Source of the DNA: Auanema rhodensis
Taxonomy: Eukaryota; Animalia; Nematoda
Direction of reading: 5' to 3'
Assembly: GCA_964057225.1 (NCBI GenBank)
Contig: OZ059895.1
Coordinates: 19,468,001-19,532,000 of the forward strand
DNA: 64,000 nucleotides
Made by a program: the position numbers and the translations under genes. The first letter of the stretch is position 1, and every line of letters begins with the position of its first letter. Positions 14,601 through 29,900 of the stretch are shown here, one piece after another. The notes beneath the pieces are model-generated. The model did no database searches, was not told where the DNA came from, and saw only the letters and a program-made list of their open reading frames with translations.

Positions 14601-17600
14601 CTAATTTTGAAAACCACATCTCTTTATCTTTCACGTGAAGCGAGTTACATACCAAGTGCACATCACGTGTACATTGAATTAGCATAAACTAAAGTTCACG
14701 TAAATTTCAAAGTCATGGTTACCATGCACCAATATCAATAAAAATTTGTTTTTAGACTAATATGGACATGGGGAATCTAATTTTGAAAACCACATCTCTT
14801 TATCTTTCACGTGAAGCGAGTTACATACCAAGTGCACATCACGTGTATATTTAATTAGCATAAATTAAAGTTCACGTAAATTTCAAAGTCATGGTTACCA
14901 TGCACCAATATCAATAAAAATTTGTTATTAGACTAATATGGACATGGGGAATCTAATATTGGAAACCGCATCTCTTTATCTTTCACGTGAAGCGAGTTAC
15001 ATACCAAGTGCACATCACGTGTACATTTAATTAGCATAAATTAGAGTTCACGTAAATTTCAAAGTCATGGTTACCATGCACCAATATCAATAAAAATTTG
15101 TTTTTAGACTAATATGGACATGGGGAATCTATTTTTAAAAACCGCATCTCTTCATCTTTCACGTGAAGCGAGTTACATACCAAGTGCACATCACGTGTAC
15201 ACTTAATTAGCATAAATTAAAGTTCACGTAAATTTCAAAGTCATGGTTACCATGCACCAATATCAATAAAAATTTGTTTTTAGACTAATATGGACATGGG
15301 GAATCTATTTTTGAAAACCGCATCTCTTCATCTTTCACGTGAAACGAGTTACATACCAAGTGCACATCACGTGTACATTGAATTAGCATAAATTAAAGTT
15401 CACGTAAATTTCAAAGTCATGGTTACCATGCACCAATATCAATAAAAATTTGTTTTTAGACTAATATGGACATGGGGAATCTAATTTTGAAAACCGCATC
15501 TCTTTATCTTTCACGTGAAGCGAGTTACATACCAAGTGCACATCACGTGTACACTTAATTAGCATAAATTAAAGTTCACGTAAATTTCGAAGTCATGGTT
15601 AACATGCACCAATATCAATAAAAATTTGTTTTTAGACTAATATGGACATGGGGAATCTAATTTTGAAAACCGCATCTCTTTATCTTTCACGTGAAGCGAG
15701 TTACATACCAAGTGCACATCACGTGTACATTTAATTAGCATAAATTAAAGTTCACGTAAATTTCAAAGTCATGGTTACCATGCACCAATATCAATAAAAA
15801 TTTGTTTTTAGACTAATATGGACATGGGGAATCTAATTTTGAAAACCACATCTCTTTATCTTTCACGTGAAGCGAGTTACATACCAAGTGCACATCACGT
15901 GTATATATAATTAGCATAAATTAAAGTTCACGTAAATTTCAAAGTCATGGTTACCATACACCGATATCAATAATGTTATGGTTTTAGACTAATATGGACA
16001 CGGGGAATCTATTTTTGAAAACCGCATCTCTTCATCTTTCACGTGAAACGAGTTACATACCAAGTGCACATCACGTGTACATTTAATTAGCATAAATTAA
16101 AGTTCACGTAAATTTCAAAGTCATGGTTACCATGCACCAATATCAATAAAAATTTGTTTTTAGACTAATATGGACATGGGGAATCTAATTTTGAAAACCG
16201 CATCTCTTTATCTTTCACGTGAAGCGAGTTACATACCAAGTGCACATCACGTGTACATTGAATTAGCATAAATTAAAGTTCACGTAAATTTCAAAGTCAT
16301 GGTTACCATGCACCAATATCAATAAAAACTTGTTTTTAGACTAATATGGACATGGGGAATCTATTTTTGAAAACCGCATCTCTTCATCTTTCACGTGAAG
16401 CGAGTTACATATCAAGTGCACGTCACGTGTACACTCAATTAGCATAAATTAAAGTTCACGTAAATTTCAAAGTCATGGTTACCATGCACCAATATCAATA
16501 AAAATTTGTTTTAAGACTAATATGGACATGAGAAATCTAATTTTGAAAACCGCATCTCTTCATCTTTCACGTGAAGCGAGTTACATATCAAGTGCACGTC
16601 ACGTGTACACTCAATTAGCATAAATTAAAGTTCACGTAAATTTCAAAGTCATGGTTAACATGCACCAATATCAATAAAAATTTGTTTTTAGACTAATATG
16701 GACATGGGGAATCTATTTTTGAAAACCGCATCTCTTCATCTTTGACGTGAAGCGAGTTACATACCAAGTGCACATCACGTGTACATTTAATTAGCATAAA
16801 TTGAAGTTCACGTAAATTTCAAAGTCATGGTTAACATGCACCAATATCAATAAAAATTTGTTTTTAGACTAATATGGACATGGGGAATCTATTTTTGAAA
16901 ACCACATCTCTTTATCTTTCACGTGAAGCGAGTTACATACCAAGTGCACATCACGTGTACATTTAATTAGCATAAATTGAAGTTCACGTAAATTTCAAAG
17001 TCATGGTTACCATGCACCAATATCAATAAAAACTTGTTTTTAGACTAATATGGACATGGGGAATCTATTTTTGAAAACCGCATCTCTTCATCTTTCACGT
17101 GAAGCGAGTTACATACCAAGTGCACATCACGTGTACACTTAATTAGCATAAATTAAAGTTCACGTAAATTTCGAAGTCATGGTTAACATGCACCAATATC
17201 AATAAAAATTTGTTTTTAGACTAATATGGACATGGGGAATCTAATTTTGAAAACCGCATCTCTTTATCTTTCACGTGAAGCGAGTTACATACCAAGTGCA
17301 CATCACGTGTACATTTAATTAGCATAAATTAAAGTTCACGTGAATTTCAAAGTCATGGTTACCATGCACCAATATCAATAAAAATTTGTTTTAAGACTAA
17401 TATGGACATGAGAAATCTAATTTTGAAAACCGCATCTCTTCATCTTTCACGTGAAGCGAGTTACATATCAAGTGCACATCACGTGTACACTTAATTAGCA
17501 TAAATTAAAGTTCACGTAAATTTCAAAGTCATGGTTAACATGCACCAATATCAATAAAAATTGTTTTTAGACTAATATGGACATGGGGAATCTAATTTTG

Positions 17601-19470
17601 AAAACCGCATCTCTTTATCTTTCACGTGAAGCGAGTTACATACCAAGTGCACATCACGTGTACATTTAATTAGCATAAATTAAAGTTCACGTAAATTTCA
17701 AAGTCATGGTTACCATGCACCAATATCAATAAAAATTTGTTTTAAGACTAATATGGACATGAGAAATCTAATTTTGAAAACCGCATCTCTTCATCTTTCA
17801 CGTGAAGCGAGTTACATATCAAGTGCACATCACGTGTACACTTAATTAGCATAAATTAAAGTTCACGTAAATTTCAAAGTCATGGTTAACATGCACCAAT
17901 ATCAATAAAAATTTGTTTTTAGACTAATATGGACATGTGGAATCTCATTTTGAAAACCACATCTCTTTATCTTTCACGTGAAGCGAGTTACATACCAAGT
18001 GCACATCACGTGTACATTTAATTAGCATAAATTAAAGTTCACGTAAATTTCAAAGTCATGGTTAACATGCACCAATATCAATAAAAATTTGTTTTTAGAC
18101 TAATATGGACATGGGAAATCTAATTTTGAAAACCGCATCTCTTTATCTTTCACGTGAAGCGAGTTACATACCAAGTGCACATCACGTGTACATTGAATTA
18201 GCATAAATTAAAGTTCACGTAAATTTCAAAGTCATGGTTACCATGCACCAATATCAATAAAAATTTGTTATTAGACTAATATGGACATAGGGAATCTAAT
18301 TTTGAAAACCACATCTCTTTATCTTCCACGTGAAGCGAGTTACATACCAAGTGCACATCACGTGTACATTTAATTAGCATAAATTAAAGTTCACGTAAAT
18401 TTCAAAGTCATGGTTACCATGCACCAATATCAATAAAAACTTGTTTTTAGACTAATATGGACATGGGGAATCTAATTTTGAAAACCGCATCTCTTTATCT
18501 TTCACGTGAAGCGAGTTACATACCAAGTGCACATCAAGTGTACATTTAATTAGCTTAAATTAAAGTTCACGTAAATTTCAAAGTCATGGTTACCATGCAC
18601 CAATATCAATAAAAATTTGTTTTTAGACTAATATGGACATGGGGAATCTAATTTTGAAAACCACATCTCTTTATCTTTCACGTGAAGCGAGTTACATACC
18701 AAGTGCACATCACGTGTACATTGAATTAGCATAAATTAAAGTTCACGTAAATTTCAAAGTCATGGTTAACATGCACCAATATCAATAAAAATTTGTTTTT
18801 AGACTAGTATGGACATGGGGAATCTAATTTTGAGAACCGCATCTCTTTATCTTTCACGTGAAGCGAGTTACATACCAAGTGCACATCACGTGTACATTTA
18901 ATTAGCATAAATTAAAGTTCACGTAAATTTCAAAGTCATGGTTACCATGCACCAATATCAATAAAAATTTGTTTTAAGACTAATATGAACATGAGAAATC
19001 TAATTTTGAAAACCGCATCTCTTCATCTTTCACGTGAAGCGAGTTACATATCAAGTGCACATCACGTGTACACTTAATTAGCATAAATTAAAGTTCACGT
19101 AAATTTCAAAGTCATGGTTAACATGCACCAATATCAATAAAAATTTGTTTTTAGACTAATATGGACATGGGGAATCTAATTTTGAAAACCACATCTCTTT
19201 ATCTTTCACGTGAAGCGAGTTACATACCAAGTGCACATCACGTGTTCATTTAATTAGCATAAATTAAAGTTCACGTAAATTTCAAAGTCATGGTTAACAT
19301 GCACCAATATCAATAAAAATTTGTTTTTAGACTAATATGGACATGGGGAATCTAATTTTGAAAACCGCATCTCTTTATCTTTCACGTGAAGCGAGTTACA
19401 TACCAAGTGCACATCACGTGTACATTTAATTAGCATAAATTAAAGTTCACGTAAATTTCAAAGTCATGGT
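8700..19470 (+). repeat. Tandem duplication of a 30-monomer block; offset 5279
   Basis: Unique markers pair at +5279: ATATTGGAAACC 9152/14431, GTATATATAA 10622/15901, CGTGTTCAT 13962/19241. The ACATGTGGAATCTCAT, ACATAGGG, ACTAGTAT and TTGAGAAC variants pair likewise. Confidence 0.96.
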
Positions 19471-22400
19471 TAACATGCACCAATATCAATAAAAATTTTT
19501 TTTAGACTAATATGGACATGGGGAATCTAATTTTGAAAACCGCATCTCTTTCTCTTTGACGTGAAGCGAGTTACATACCAAGTGCACAACACGTGTACAC
19601 TTAATTAGCATAAATTAAAGTTCACGTAAATTTCAAAGTCATGGTTAACATGCACCAATATCAATAAAAATTTGTTTTTAGACTAATATGGACATGGGAA
19701 ATCTAATTTTGAAAACCGCATCTCTTTATCTTTCACGTGAAGCGAGTTACATACCAAGTGCACATCACGTGTACATTTAATTAGCATAAATTAAAGTTCA
19801 CGTAAATTTCAAAGTCATGGTTAACATGCACCAATATCAATAAAAATTGTTTTTAGACTAATATGGACATGGGGAATCTAATTTTGAAAACCGCATCTCT
19901 TTATCTTTCACGTGAAGCGAGTTACATACCAAGTGCACATCACGTGTACATTTAATTAGCATAAATTAAAGTTCACGTAAATTTCAAAGTCATGGTTACC
20001 ATGCACCAATATCAATAAAAATTTGTTTTAAGACTAATATGGACATGAGAAATCTAATTTTGAAAACCGCATCTCTTCATCTTTCACGTGAAGCGAGTTA
20101 CATATCAAGTGCACATCACGTGTACACTTAATTAGCATAAATTAAAGTTCACGTAAATTTCAAAGTCATGGTTAACATGCACCAATATCAATAAAAATTG
20201 TTTTTAGACTAATATGGACATGGGGAATCTAATTTTGAAAACCGCATCTCTTTATCTTTCACGTGAAGCGAGTTACATACCAAGTGCACATCACGTGTAC
20301 ACTTAATTAGCATAAATTAAAGTTCACGTAAATTTCAAAGTCATGGTTAACATGCACCAATATCAATAAAAATTGTTTTTAGACTAATATGGACATGGGG
20401 AATCTAATTTTGAAAACCGCATCTCTTTATCTTTCACGTGAAGCGAGTTACATACCAAGTGCACATCACGTGTACATTTAATTAGCATAAATTAAAGTTC
20501 ACGTAAATTTCAAAGTCATGGTTACCATGCACCAATATCAATAAAAATTTGTTTTAAGACTAATATGGACATGAGAAATCTAATTTTGAAAACCGCATCT
20601 CTTCATCTTTCACGTGAAGCGAGTTACATATCAAGTGCACATCACGTGTACACTTAATTAGCATAAATTAAAGTTCACGTAAATTTCAAAGTCATGGTTA
20701 ACATGCACCAATATCAATAAAAATTTGTTTTTAGACTAATATGGACATGGGGAATCTCATTTTGAAAACCACATCTCTTTATCTTTCACGTGAAGCGAGT
20801 TACATACCAAGTGCACATCACGTGTACATTTAATTAGCATAAATTAAAGTTCACGTAAATTTCAAAGTCATGGTTAACATGCACCAATATCAATAAAAAT
20901 TTGTTTTTAGACTAATATGGACATGGGAAATCTAATTTTGAAAACCGCATCTCTTTATCTTTCACGTGAAGCGAGTTACATACCAAGTGCACATCACGTG
21001 TACACTTAATTAGCATAAATTAAAGTTCACGTAAATTTCAAAGTCATGGTTAACATGCACCAATATCAATAAAAATTGTTTTTAGACTAATATGGACATG
21101 GGGAATCTAATTTTGAAAACCGCATCTCTTTATCTTTCACGTGAAGCGAGTTACATACCAAGTGCACATCACGTGTACACTTAATTAGCATAAATTAAAG
21201 TTCACGTAAATTTCAAAGTCATGGTTAACATGCACCAATATCAATAAAAATTGTTTTTAGACTAATATGGACATGGGGAATCTAATTTTGAAAACCGCAT
21301 CTCTTTATCTTTCACGTGAAGCGAGTTACATACCAAGTGCACATCACGTGTACATTTAATTAGCATAAATTAAAGTTCACGTAAATTTCAAAGTCATGGT
21401 TACCATGCACCAATATCAATAAAAATTTGTTTTAAGACTAATATGGACATGAGAAATCTAATTTTGAAAACCGCATCTCTTCATCTTTCACGTGAAGCGA
21501 GTTACATATCAAGTGCACATCACGTGTACACTTAATTAGCATAAATTAAAGTTCACGTAAATTTCAAAGTCATGGTTAACATGCACCAATATCAATAAAA
21601 ATTTGTTTTTAGACTAATATGGACATGGGGAATCTCATTTTGAAAACCACATCTCTTTATCTTTCACGTGAAGCGAGTTACATACCAAGTGCACATCACG
21701 TGTACATTTAATTAGCATAAATTAAAGTTCACGTAAATTTCAAAGTCATGGTTAACATGCACCAATATCAATAAAAATTTGTTTTTAGACTAATATGGAC
21801 ATGGGAAATCTAATTTTGAAAACCGCATCTCTTTATCTTTCACGTGAAGCGAGTTACATACCAAGTGCACATCACGTGTACATTGAATTAGCATAAATTA
21901 AAGTTCACGTAAATTTCAAAGTCATGGTTACCATGCACCAATATCAATAAAAATTTGTTATTAGACTAATATGGACATGGGGAATCTAATTTTGAAAACC
22001 ACATCTCTTTATCTTCCACGTGAAGCGAGTTACATACCAAGTGCACATCACGTGTACATTTAATTAGCATAAATTAAAGTTCACGTAAATTTCAAAGTCA
22101 TGGTTACCATGCACCAATATCAATAAAAACTTGTTTTTAGACTAATATGGACATGGGGAATCTATTTTTGAAAACCGCATCTCTTCATCTTTCACGTGAA
22201 GCAAGTTACATACCAAGTGCACATCACGTGTACACTTAATTAGCATAAATTAAAGTTCACGTAAATTTCGAAGTCATGGTTAACATGCACCAATATCAAT
22301 AAAAATTTGTTTTTAGACTAATATGGACATGGGGAATCTAATTTTGAAAACCGCATCTCTTTATCTTTCACGTGAAGCGAGTTACATACCAAGTGCACAT

Positions 22401-25400
22401 CACGTGTACATTTAATTAGCTTAAATTAAAGTTCACGTAAATTTCAAAGTCATGGTTACCATGCACCAATATCAATAAAAATTTGTTTTTAGACTAATAT
22501 GGACATGGGAAATCTAATTTTGAAAACCGCATCTCTTTATCTTTCACGTGAAGCGAGTTACATACCAAGTGCACATCACGTGTACATTGAATTAGCATAA
22601 ATTAAAGTTCACGTAAATTTCAAAGTCATGGTTACCATGCACCAATATCAATAAAAATTTGTTATTAGACTAATATGGACATGGGGAATCTAATTTTGAA
22701 AACCACATCTCTTTATCTTCCACGTGAAGCGAGTTACATACCAAGTGCACATCACGTGTACATTTAATTAGCATAAATTAAAGTTCACGTAAATTTCAAA
22801 GTCATGGTTACCATGCACCAATATCAATAAAAACTTGTTTTTAGACTAATATGGACATGGGGAATCTATTTTTGAAAACCGCATCTCTTCATCTTTCACG
22901 TGAAGCAAGTTACATACCAAGTGCACATCACGTGTACACTTAATTAGCATAAATTAAAGTTCACGTAAATTTCGAAGTCATGGTTAACATGCACCAATAT
23001 CAATAAAAATTTGTTTTTAGACTAATATGGACATGGGGAATCTAATTTTGAAAACCGCATCTCTTTATCTTTCACGTGAAGCGAGTTACATACCAAGTGC
23101 ACATCACGTGTACATTTAATTAGCTTAAATTAAAGTTCACGTAAATTTCAAAGTCATGGTTACCATGCACCAATATCAATAAAAATTTGTTTTTAGACTA
23201 ATATGGACATGGGGAATCTAATTTTGAAAACCACATCTCTTTATCTTTCACGTGAAGCGAGTTACATACCAAGTGCACATCACGTGTACATTTAATTAGC
23301 ATAAATTAAAGTTCACGTAAATTTCAAAGTCATGGTTAACATGCACCAATATCAATAAAAATTTGTTTTTAGACTAATATGGACATGGGGAATCTAATTT
23401 TGAAAACCGCATCTCTTTATCTTTCACGTGAAGCGAGTTACATACCAAGTGCACATCACGTGTACATTTAATTAGCATAAATTAAAGTTCACGTAAATTT
23501 CAAAGTCATGGTTAACATGCACCAATATCAATAAAAATTTTTTTTAGACTAATATGGACATGGGGAATCTAATTTTGAAAACCGCATCTCTTTCTCTTTG
23601 ACGTGAAGCGAGTTACATACCAAGTGCACAACACGTGTACACTTAATTAGCATAAATTAAAGTTCACGTAAATTTCAAAGTCATGGTTAACATGCACCAA
23701 TATCAATAAAAATTTGTTTTTAGACTAATATGGACATGGGAAATCTAATTTTGAAAACCGCATCTCTTTATCTTTCACGTGAAGCGAGTTACATACCAAG
23801 TGCACATCACGTGTACACTTAATTAGCATAAATTAAAGTTCACGTAAATTTCAAAGTCATGGTTAACATGCACCAATATCAATAAAAATTGTTTTTAGAC
23901 TAATATGGACATGGGGAATCTAATTTTGAAAACCGCATCTCTTTATCTTTCACGTGAAGCGAGTTACATACCAAGTGCACATCACGTGTACATTTAATTA
24001 GCATAAATTAAAGTTCACGTAAATTTCAAAGTCATGGTTACCATGCACCAATATCAATAAAAATTTGTTTTAAGACTAATATGGACATGAGAAATCTAAT
24101 TTTGAAAACCGCATCTCTTCATCTTTCACGTGAAGCGAGTTACATATCAAGTGCACATCACGTGTACACTTAATTAGCATAAATTAAAGTTCACGTAAAT
24201 TTCAAAGTCATGGTTAACATGCACCAATATCAATAAAAATTGTTTTTAGACTAATATGGACATGGGGAATCTAATTTTGAAAACCGCATCTCTTTATCTT
24301 TCACGTGAAGCGAGTTACATACCAAGTGCACATCACGTGTACACTTAATTAGCATAAATTAAAGTTCACGTAAATTTCAAAGTCATGGTTAACATGCACC
24401 AATATCAATAAAAATTGTTTTTAGACTAATATGGACATGGGGAATCTAATTTTGAAAACCGCATCTCTTTATCTTTCACGTGAAGCGAGTTACATACCAA
24501 GTGCACATCACGTGTACATTTAATTAGCATAAATTAAAGTTCACGTAAATTTCAAAGTCATGGTTAACATGCACCAATATCAATAAAAATTTGTTTTTAG
24601 ACTAATATGGACATGGGGAATCTAATTTTGAAAACCGCATCTCTTTATCTTTCACGTGAAGCGAGTTACATACCAAGTGCACATCACGTGTACATTTAAT
24701 TAGCATAAATTAAAGTTCACGTAAATTTCAAAGTCATGGTTAACATGCACCAATATCAATAAAAATTTTTTTTAGACTAATATGGACATGGGGAATCTAA
24801 TTTTGAAAACCGCATCTCTTTCTCTTTGACGTGAAGCGAGTTACATACCAAGTGCACAACACGTGTACACTTAATTAGCATAAATTAAAGTTCACGTAAA
24901 TTTCAAAGTCATGGTTAACATGCACCAATATCAATAAAAATTTGTTTTTAGACTAATATGGACATGGGAAATCTAATTTTGAAAACCGCATCTCTTTATC
25001 TTTCACGTGAAGCGAGTTACATACCAAGTGCACATCACGTGTACACTTAATTAGCATAAATTAAAGTTCACGTAAATTTCAAAGTCATGGTTAACATGCA
25101 CCAATATCAATAAAAATTGTTTTTAGACTAATATGGACATGGGGAATCTAATTTTGAAAACCGCATCTCTTTATCTTTCACGTGAAGCGAGTTACATACC
25201 AAGTGCACATCACGTGTACATTTAATTAGCATAAATTAAAGTTCACGTAAATTTCAAAGTCATGGTTACCATGCACCAATATCAATAAAAATTTGTTTTA
25301 AGACTAATATGGACATGAGAAATCTAATTTTGAAAACCGCATCTCTTCATCTTTCACGTGAAGCGAGTTACATATCAAGTGCACATCACGTGTACACTTA

Positions 25401-28400
25401 ATTAGCATAAATTAAAGTTCACGTAAATTTCAAAGTCATGGTTAACATGCACCAATATCAATAAAAATTGTTTTTAGACTAATATGGACATGGGGAATCT
25501 AATTTTGAAAACCGCATCTCTTTATCTTTCACGTGAAGCGAGTTACATACCAAGTGCACATCACGTGTACACTTAATTAGCATAAATTAAAGTTCACGTA
25601 AATTTCAAAGTCATGGTTAACATGCACCAATATCAATAAAAATTGTTTTTAGACTAATATGGACATGGGGAATCTAATTTTGAAAACCGCATCTCTTTAT
25701 CTTTCACGTGAAGCGAGTTACATACCAAGTGCACATCACGTGTACATTTAATTAGCATAAATTAAAGTTCACGTAAATTTCAAAGTCATGGTTACCATGC
25801 ACCAATATCAATAAAAATTTGTTTTAAGACTAATATGGACATGAGAAATCTAATTTTGAAAACCGCATCTCTTCATCTTTCACGTGAAGCGAGTTACATA
25901 TCAAGTGCACATCACGTGTACACTTAATTAGCATAAATTAAAGTTCACGTAAATTTCAAAGTCATGGTTAACATGCACCAATATCAATAAAAATTTGTTT
26001 TTAGACTAATATGGACATGGGGAATCTCATTTTGAAAACCACATCTCTTTATCTTTCACGTGAAGCGAGTTACATACCAAGTGCACATCACGTGTACATT
26101 TAATTAGCATAAATTAAAGTTCACGTAAATTTCAAAGTCATGGTTAACATGCACCAATATCAATAAAAATTTGTTTTTAGACTAATATGGACATGGGAAA
26201 TCTAATTTTGAAAACCGCATCTCTTTATCTTTCACGTGAAGCGAGTTACATACCAAGTGCACATCACGTGTACATTGAATTAGCATAAATTAAAGTTCAC
26301 GTAAATTTCAAAGTCATGGTTACCATGCACCAATATCAATAAAAATTTGTTATTAGACTAATATGGACATGGGGAATCTAATTTTGAAAACCACATCTCT
26401 TTATCTTCCACGTGAAGCGAGTTACATACCAAGTGCACATCACGTGTACATTTAATTAGCATAAATTAAAGTTCACGTAAATTTCAAAGTCATGGTTACC
26501 ATGCACCAATATCAATAAAAACTTGTTTTTAGACTAATATGGACATGGGGAATCTATTTTTGAAAACCGCATCTCTTCATCTTTCACGTGAAGCAAGTTA
26601 CATACCAAGTGCACATCACGTGTACACTTAATTAGCATAAATTAAAGTTCACGTAAATTTCGAAGTCATGGTTAACATGCACCAATATCAATAAAAATTT
26701 GTTTTTAGACTAATATGGACATGGGGAATCTAATTTTGAAAACCGCATCTCTTTATCTTTCACGTGAAGCGAGTTACATACCAAGTGCACATCACGTGTA
26801 CATTTAATTAGCTTAAATTAAAGTTCACGTAAATTTCAAAGTCATGGTTACCATGCACCAATATCAATAAAAATTTGTTTTTAGACTAATATGGACATGG
26901 GGAATCTAATTTTGAAAACCACATCTCTTTATCTTTCACGTGAAGCGAGTTACATACCAAGTGCACATCACGTGTACATTGAATTAGCATAAATTAAAGT
27001 TCACGTAAATTTCAAAGTCATGGTTAACATGCACCAATATCAATAAAAATTTGTTTTTAGACTAATATGGACATGGGGAATCTAATTTTGAAAACCACAT
27101 CTCTTTATCTTTCACGTGAAGCGAGTTACATACCAAGTGCACATCACGTGTACATTTAATTAGCATAAATTAAAGTTCACGTAAATTTCAAAGTCATGGT
27201 TAACATGCACCAATATCAATAAAAATTTGTTTTTAGACTAATATGGACATGGGGAATCTAATTTTGAAAACCGCATCTCTTTATCTTTCACGTGAAGCGA
27301 GTTACATACCAAGTGCACATCACGTGTACATTTAATTAGCATAAATTAAAGTTCACGTAAATTTCAAAGTCATGGTTAACATGCACCAATATCAATAAAA
27401 ATTTTTTTTAGACTAATATGGACATGGGGAATCTAATTTTGAAAACCGCATCTCTTTCTCTTTGACGTGAAGCGAGTTACATACCAAGTGCACAACACGT
27501 GTACACTTAATTAGCATAAATTAAAGTTCACGTAAATTTCAAAGTCATGGTTAACATGCACCAATATCAATAAAAATTTGTTTTCAGACTAATATGGACA
27601 TGGGAAATCTAATTTTGAAAACCGCATCTCTTTATCTTTCACGTGAAGCGAGTTACATACCAAGTGCACATCACGTGTACACTTAATTAGCATAAATTAA
27701 AGTTCACGTAAATTTCAAAGTCATGGTTAACATGCACCAATATCAATAAAAATTGTTTTTAGACTAATATGGACATGGGGAATCTAATTTTGAAAACCGC
27801 ATCTCTTTATCTTTCACGTGAAGCGAGTTACATACCAAGTGCACATCACGTGTACATTTAATTAGCATAAATTAAAGTTCACGTAAATTTCAAAGTCATG
27901 GTTACCATGCACCAATATCAATAAAAATTTGTTTTAAGACTAATATGGACATGAGAAATCTAATTTTGAAAACCGCATCTCTTCATCTTTCACGTGAAGC
28001 GAGTTACATATCAAGTGCACATCACGTGTACACTTAATTAGCATAAATTAAAGTTCACGTAAATTTCAAAGTCATGGTTAACATGCACCAATATCAATAA
28101 AAATTTGTTTTTAGACTAATATGGACATGGGGAATCTCATTTTGAAAACCACATCTCTTTATCTTTCACGTGAAGCGAGTTACATACCAAGTGCACATCA
28201 CGTGTACATTTAATTAGCATAAATTAAAGTTCACGTAAATTTCAAAGTCATGGTTAACATGCACCAATATCAATAAAAATTTGTTTTTAGACTAATATGG
28301 ACATGGGAAATCTAATTTTGAAAACCGCATCTCTTTATCTTTCACGTGAAGCGAGTTACATACCAAGTGCACATCACGTGTACATTGAATTAGCATAAAT

Positions 28401-29900
28401 TAAAGTTCACGTAAATTTCAAAGTCATGGTTACCATGCACCAATATCAATAAAAATTTGTTATTAGACTAATATGGACATGGGGAATCTAATTTTGAAAA
28501 CCACATCTCTTTATCTTCCACGTGAAGCGAGTTACATACCAAGTGCACATCACGTGTACATTTAATTAGCATAAATTAAAGTTCACGTAAATTTCAAAGT
28601 CATGGTTACCATGCACCAATATCAATAAAAACTTGTTTTTAGACTAATATGGACATGGGGAATCTATTTTTGAAAACCGCATCTCTTCATCTTTCACGTG
28701 AAGCAAGTTACATACCAAGTGCACATCACGTGTACACTTAATTAGCATAAATTAAAGTTCACGTAAATTTCGAAGTCATGGTTAACATGCACCAATATCA
28801 ATAAAAATTTGTTTTTAGACTAATATGGACATGGGGAATCTAATTTTGAAAACCGCATCTCTTTATCTTTCACGTGAAGCGAGTTACATACCAAGTGCAC
28901 ATCACGTGTACATTTAATTAGCTTAAATTAAAGTTCACGTAAATTTCAAAGTCATGGTTACCATGCACCAATATCAATAAAAATTTGTTTTTAGACTAAT
29001 ATGGACATGGGGAATCTAATTTTGAAAACCACATCTCTTTATCTTTCACGTGAAGCGAGTTACATACCAAGTGCACATCACGTGTACATTGAATTAGCAT
29101 AAATTAAAGTTCACGTAAATTTCAAAGTCATGGTTAACATGCACCAATATCAATAAAAATTTGTTTTTAGACTAATATGGACATGGGGAATCTAATTTTG
29201 AAAACCGCATCTCTTTATCTTTCACGTGAAGCGAGTTACATACCAAGTGCACATCACGTGTACATTTAATTAGCATAAATTAAAGTTCACGTAAATTTCA
29301 AAGTCATGGTTACCATGCACCAATATCAATAAAAATTTGTTTTAAGACTAATATGGACATGAGAAATCTAATTTTGAAAACCGCATCTCTTCATCTTTCA
29401 CGTGAAGCGAGTTACATATCAAGTGCACATCACGTGTACACTTAATTAGCATAAATTAAAGTTCACGTAAATTTCAAAGTCATGGTTAACATGCACCAAT
29501 ATCAATAAAAATTTGTTTTTAGACTAATATGGACATGGGGAATCTAATTTTGAAAACCACATCTCTTTATCTTTCACGTGAAGCGAGTTACATACCAAGT
29601 GCACATCACGTGTACATTTAATTAGCATAAATTAAAGTTCACGTAAATTTCAAAGTCATGGTTAACATGCACCAATATCAATAAAAATTTGTTTTTAGAC
29701 TAATATGGACATGGGGAATCTAATTTTGAAAACCGCATCTCTTTATCTTTCACGTGAAGCGAGTTACATACCAAGTGCACATCACGTGTACATTTAATTA
29801 GCATAAATTAAAGTTCACGTAAATTTCAAAGTCATGGTTAACATGCACCAATATCAATAAAAATTTTTTTTAGACTAATATGGACATGGGGAATCTAATT
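19320..29900 (+). repeat. Variable-length higher-order repeat zone with periods of 23, 7, 15 and 14 monomers and nested 4- and 5-mer duplications
   Basis: GCACAACACG marker at 19589, 23631, 24859, 27495 and 29957. AATCTCAT at 20758/21636 (878 bp, 5-mer). AAGCAAG at 22203/22907 (704 bp, 4-mer) and 26595/28705 (12-mer). Confidence 0.88.
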
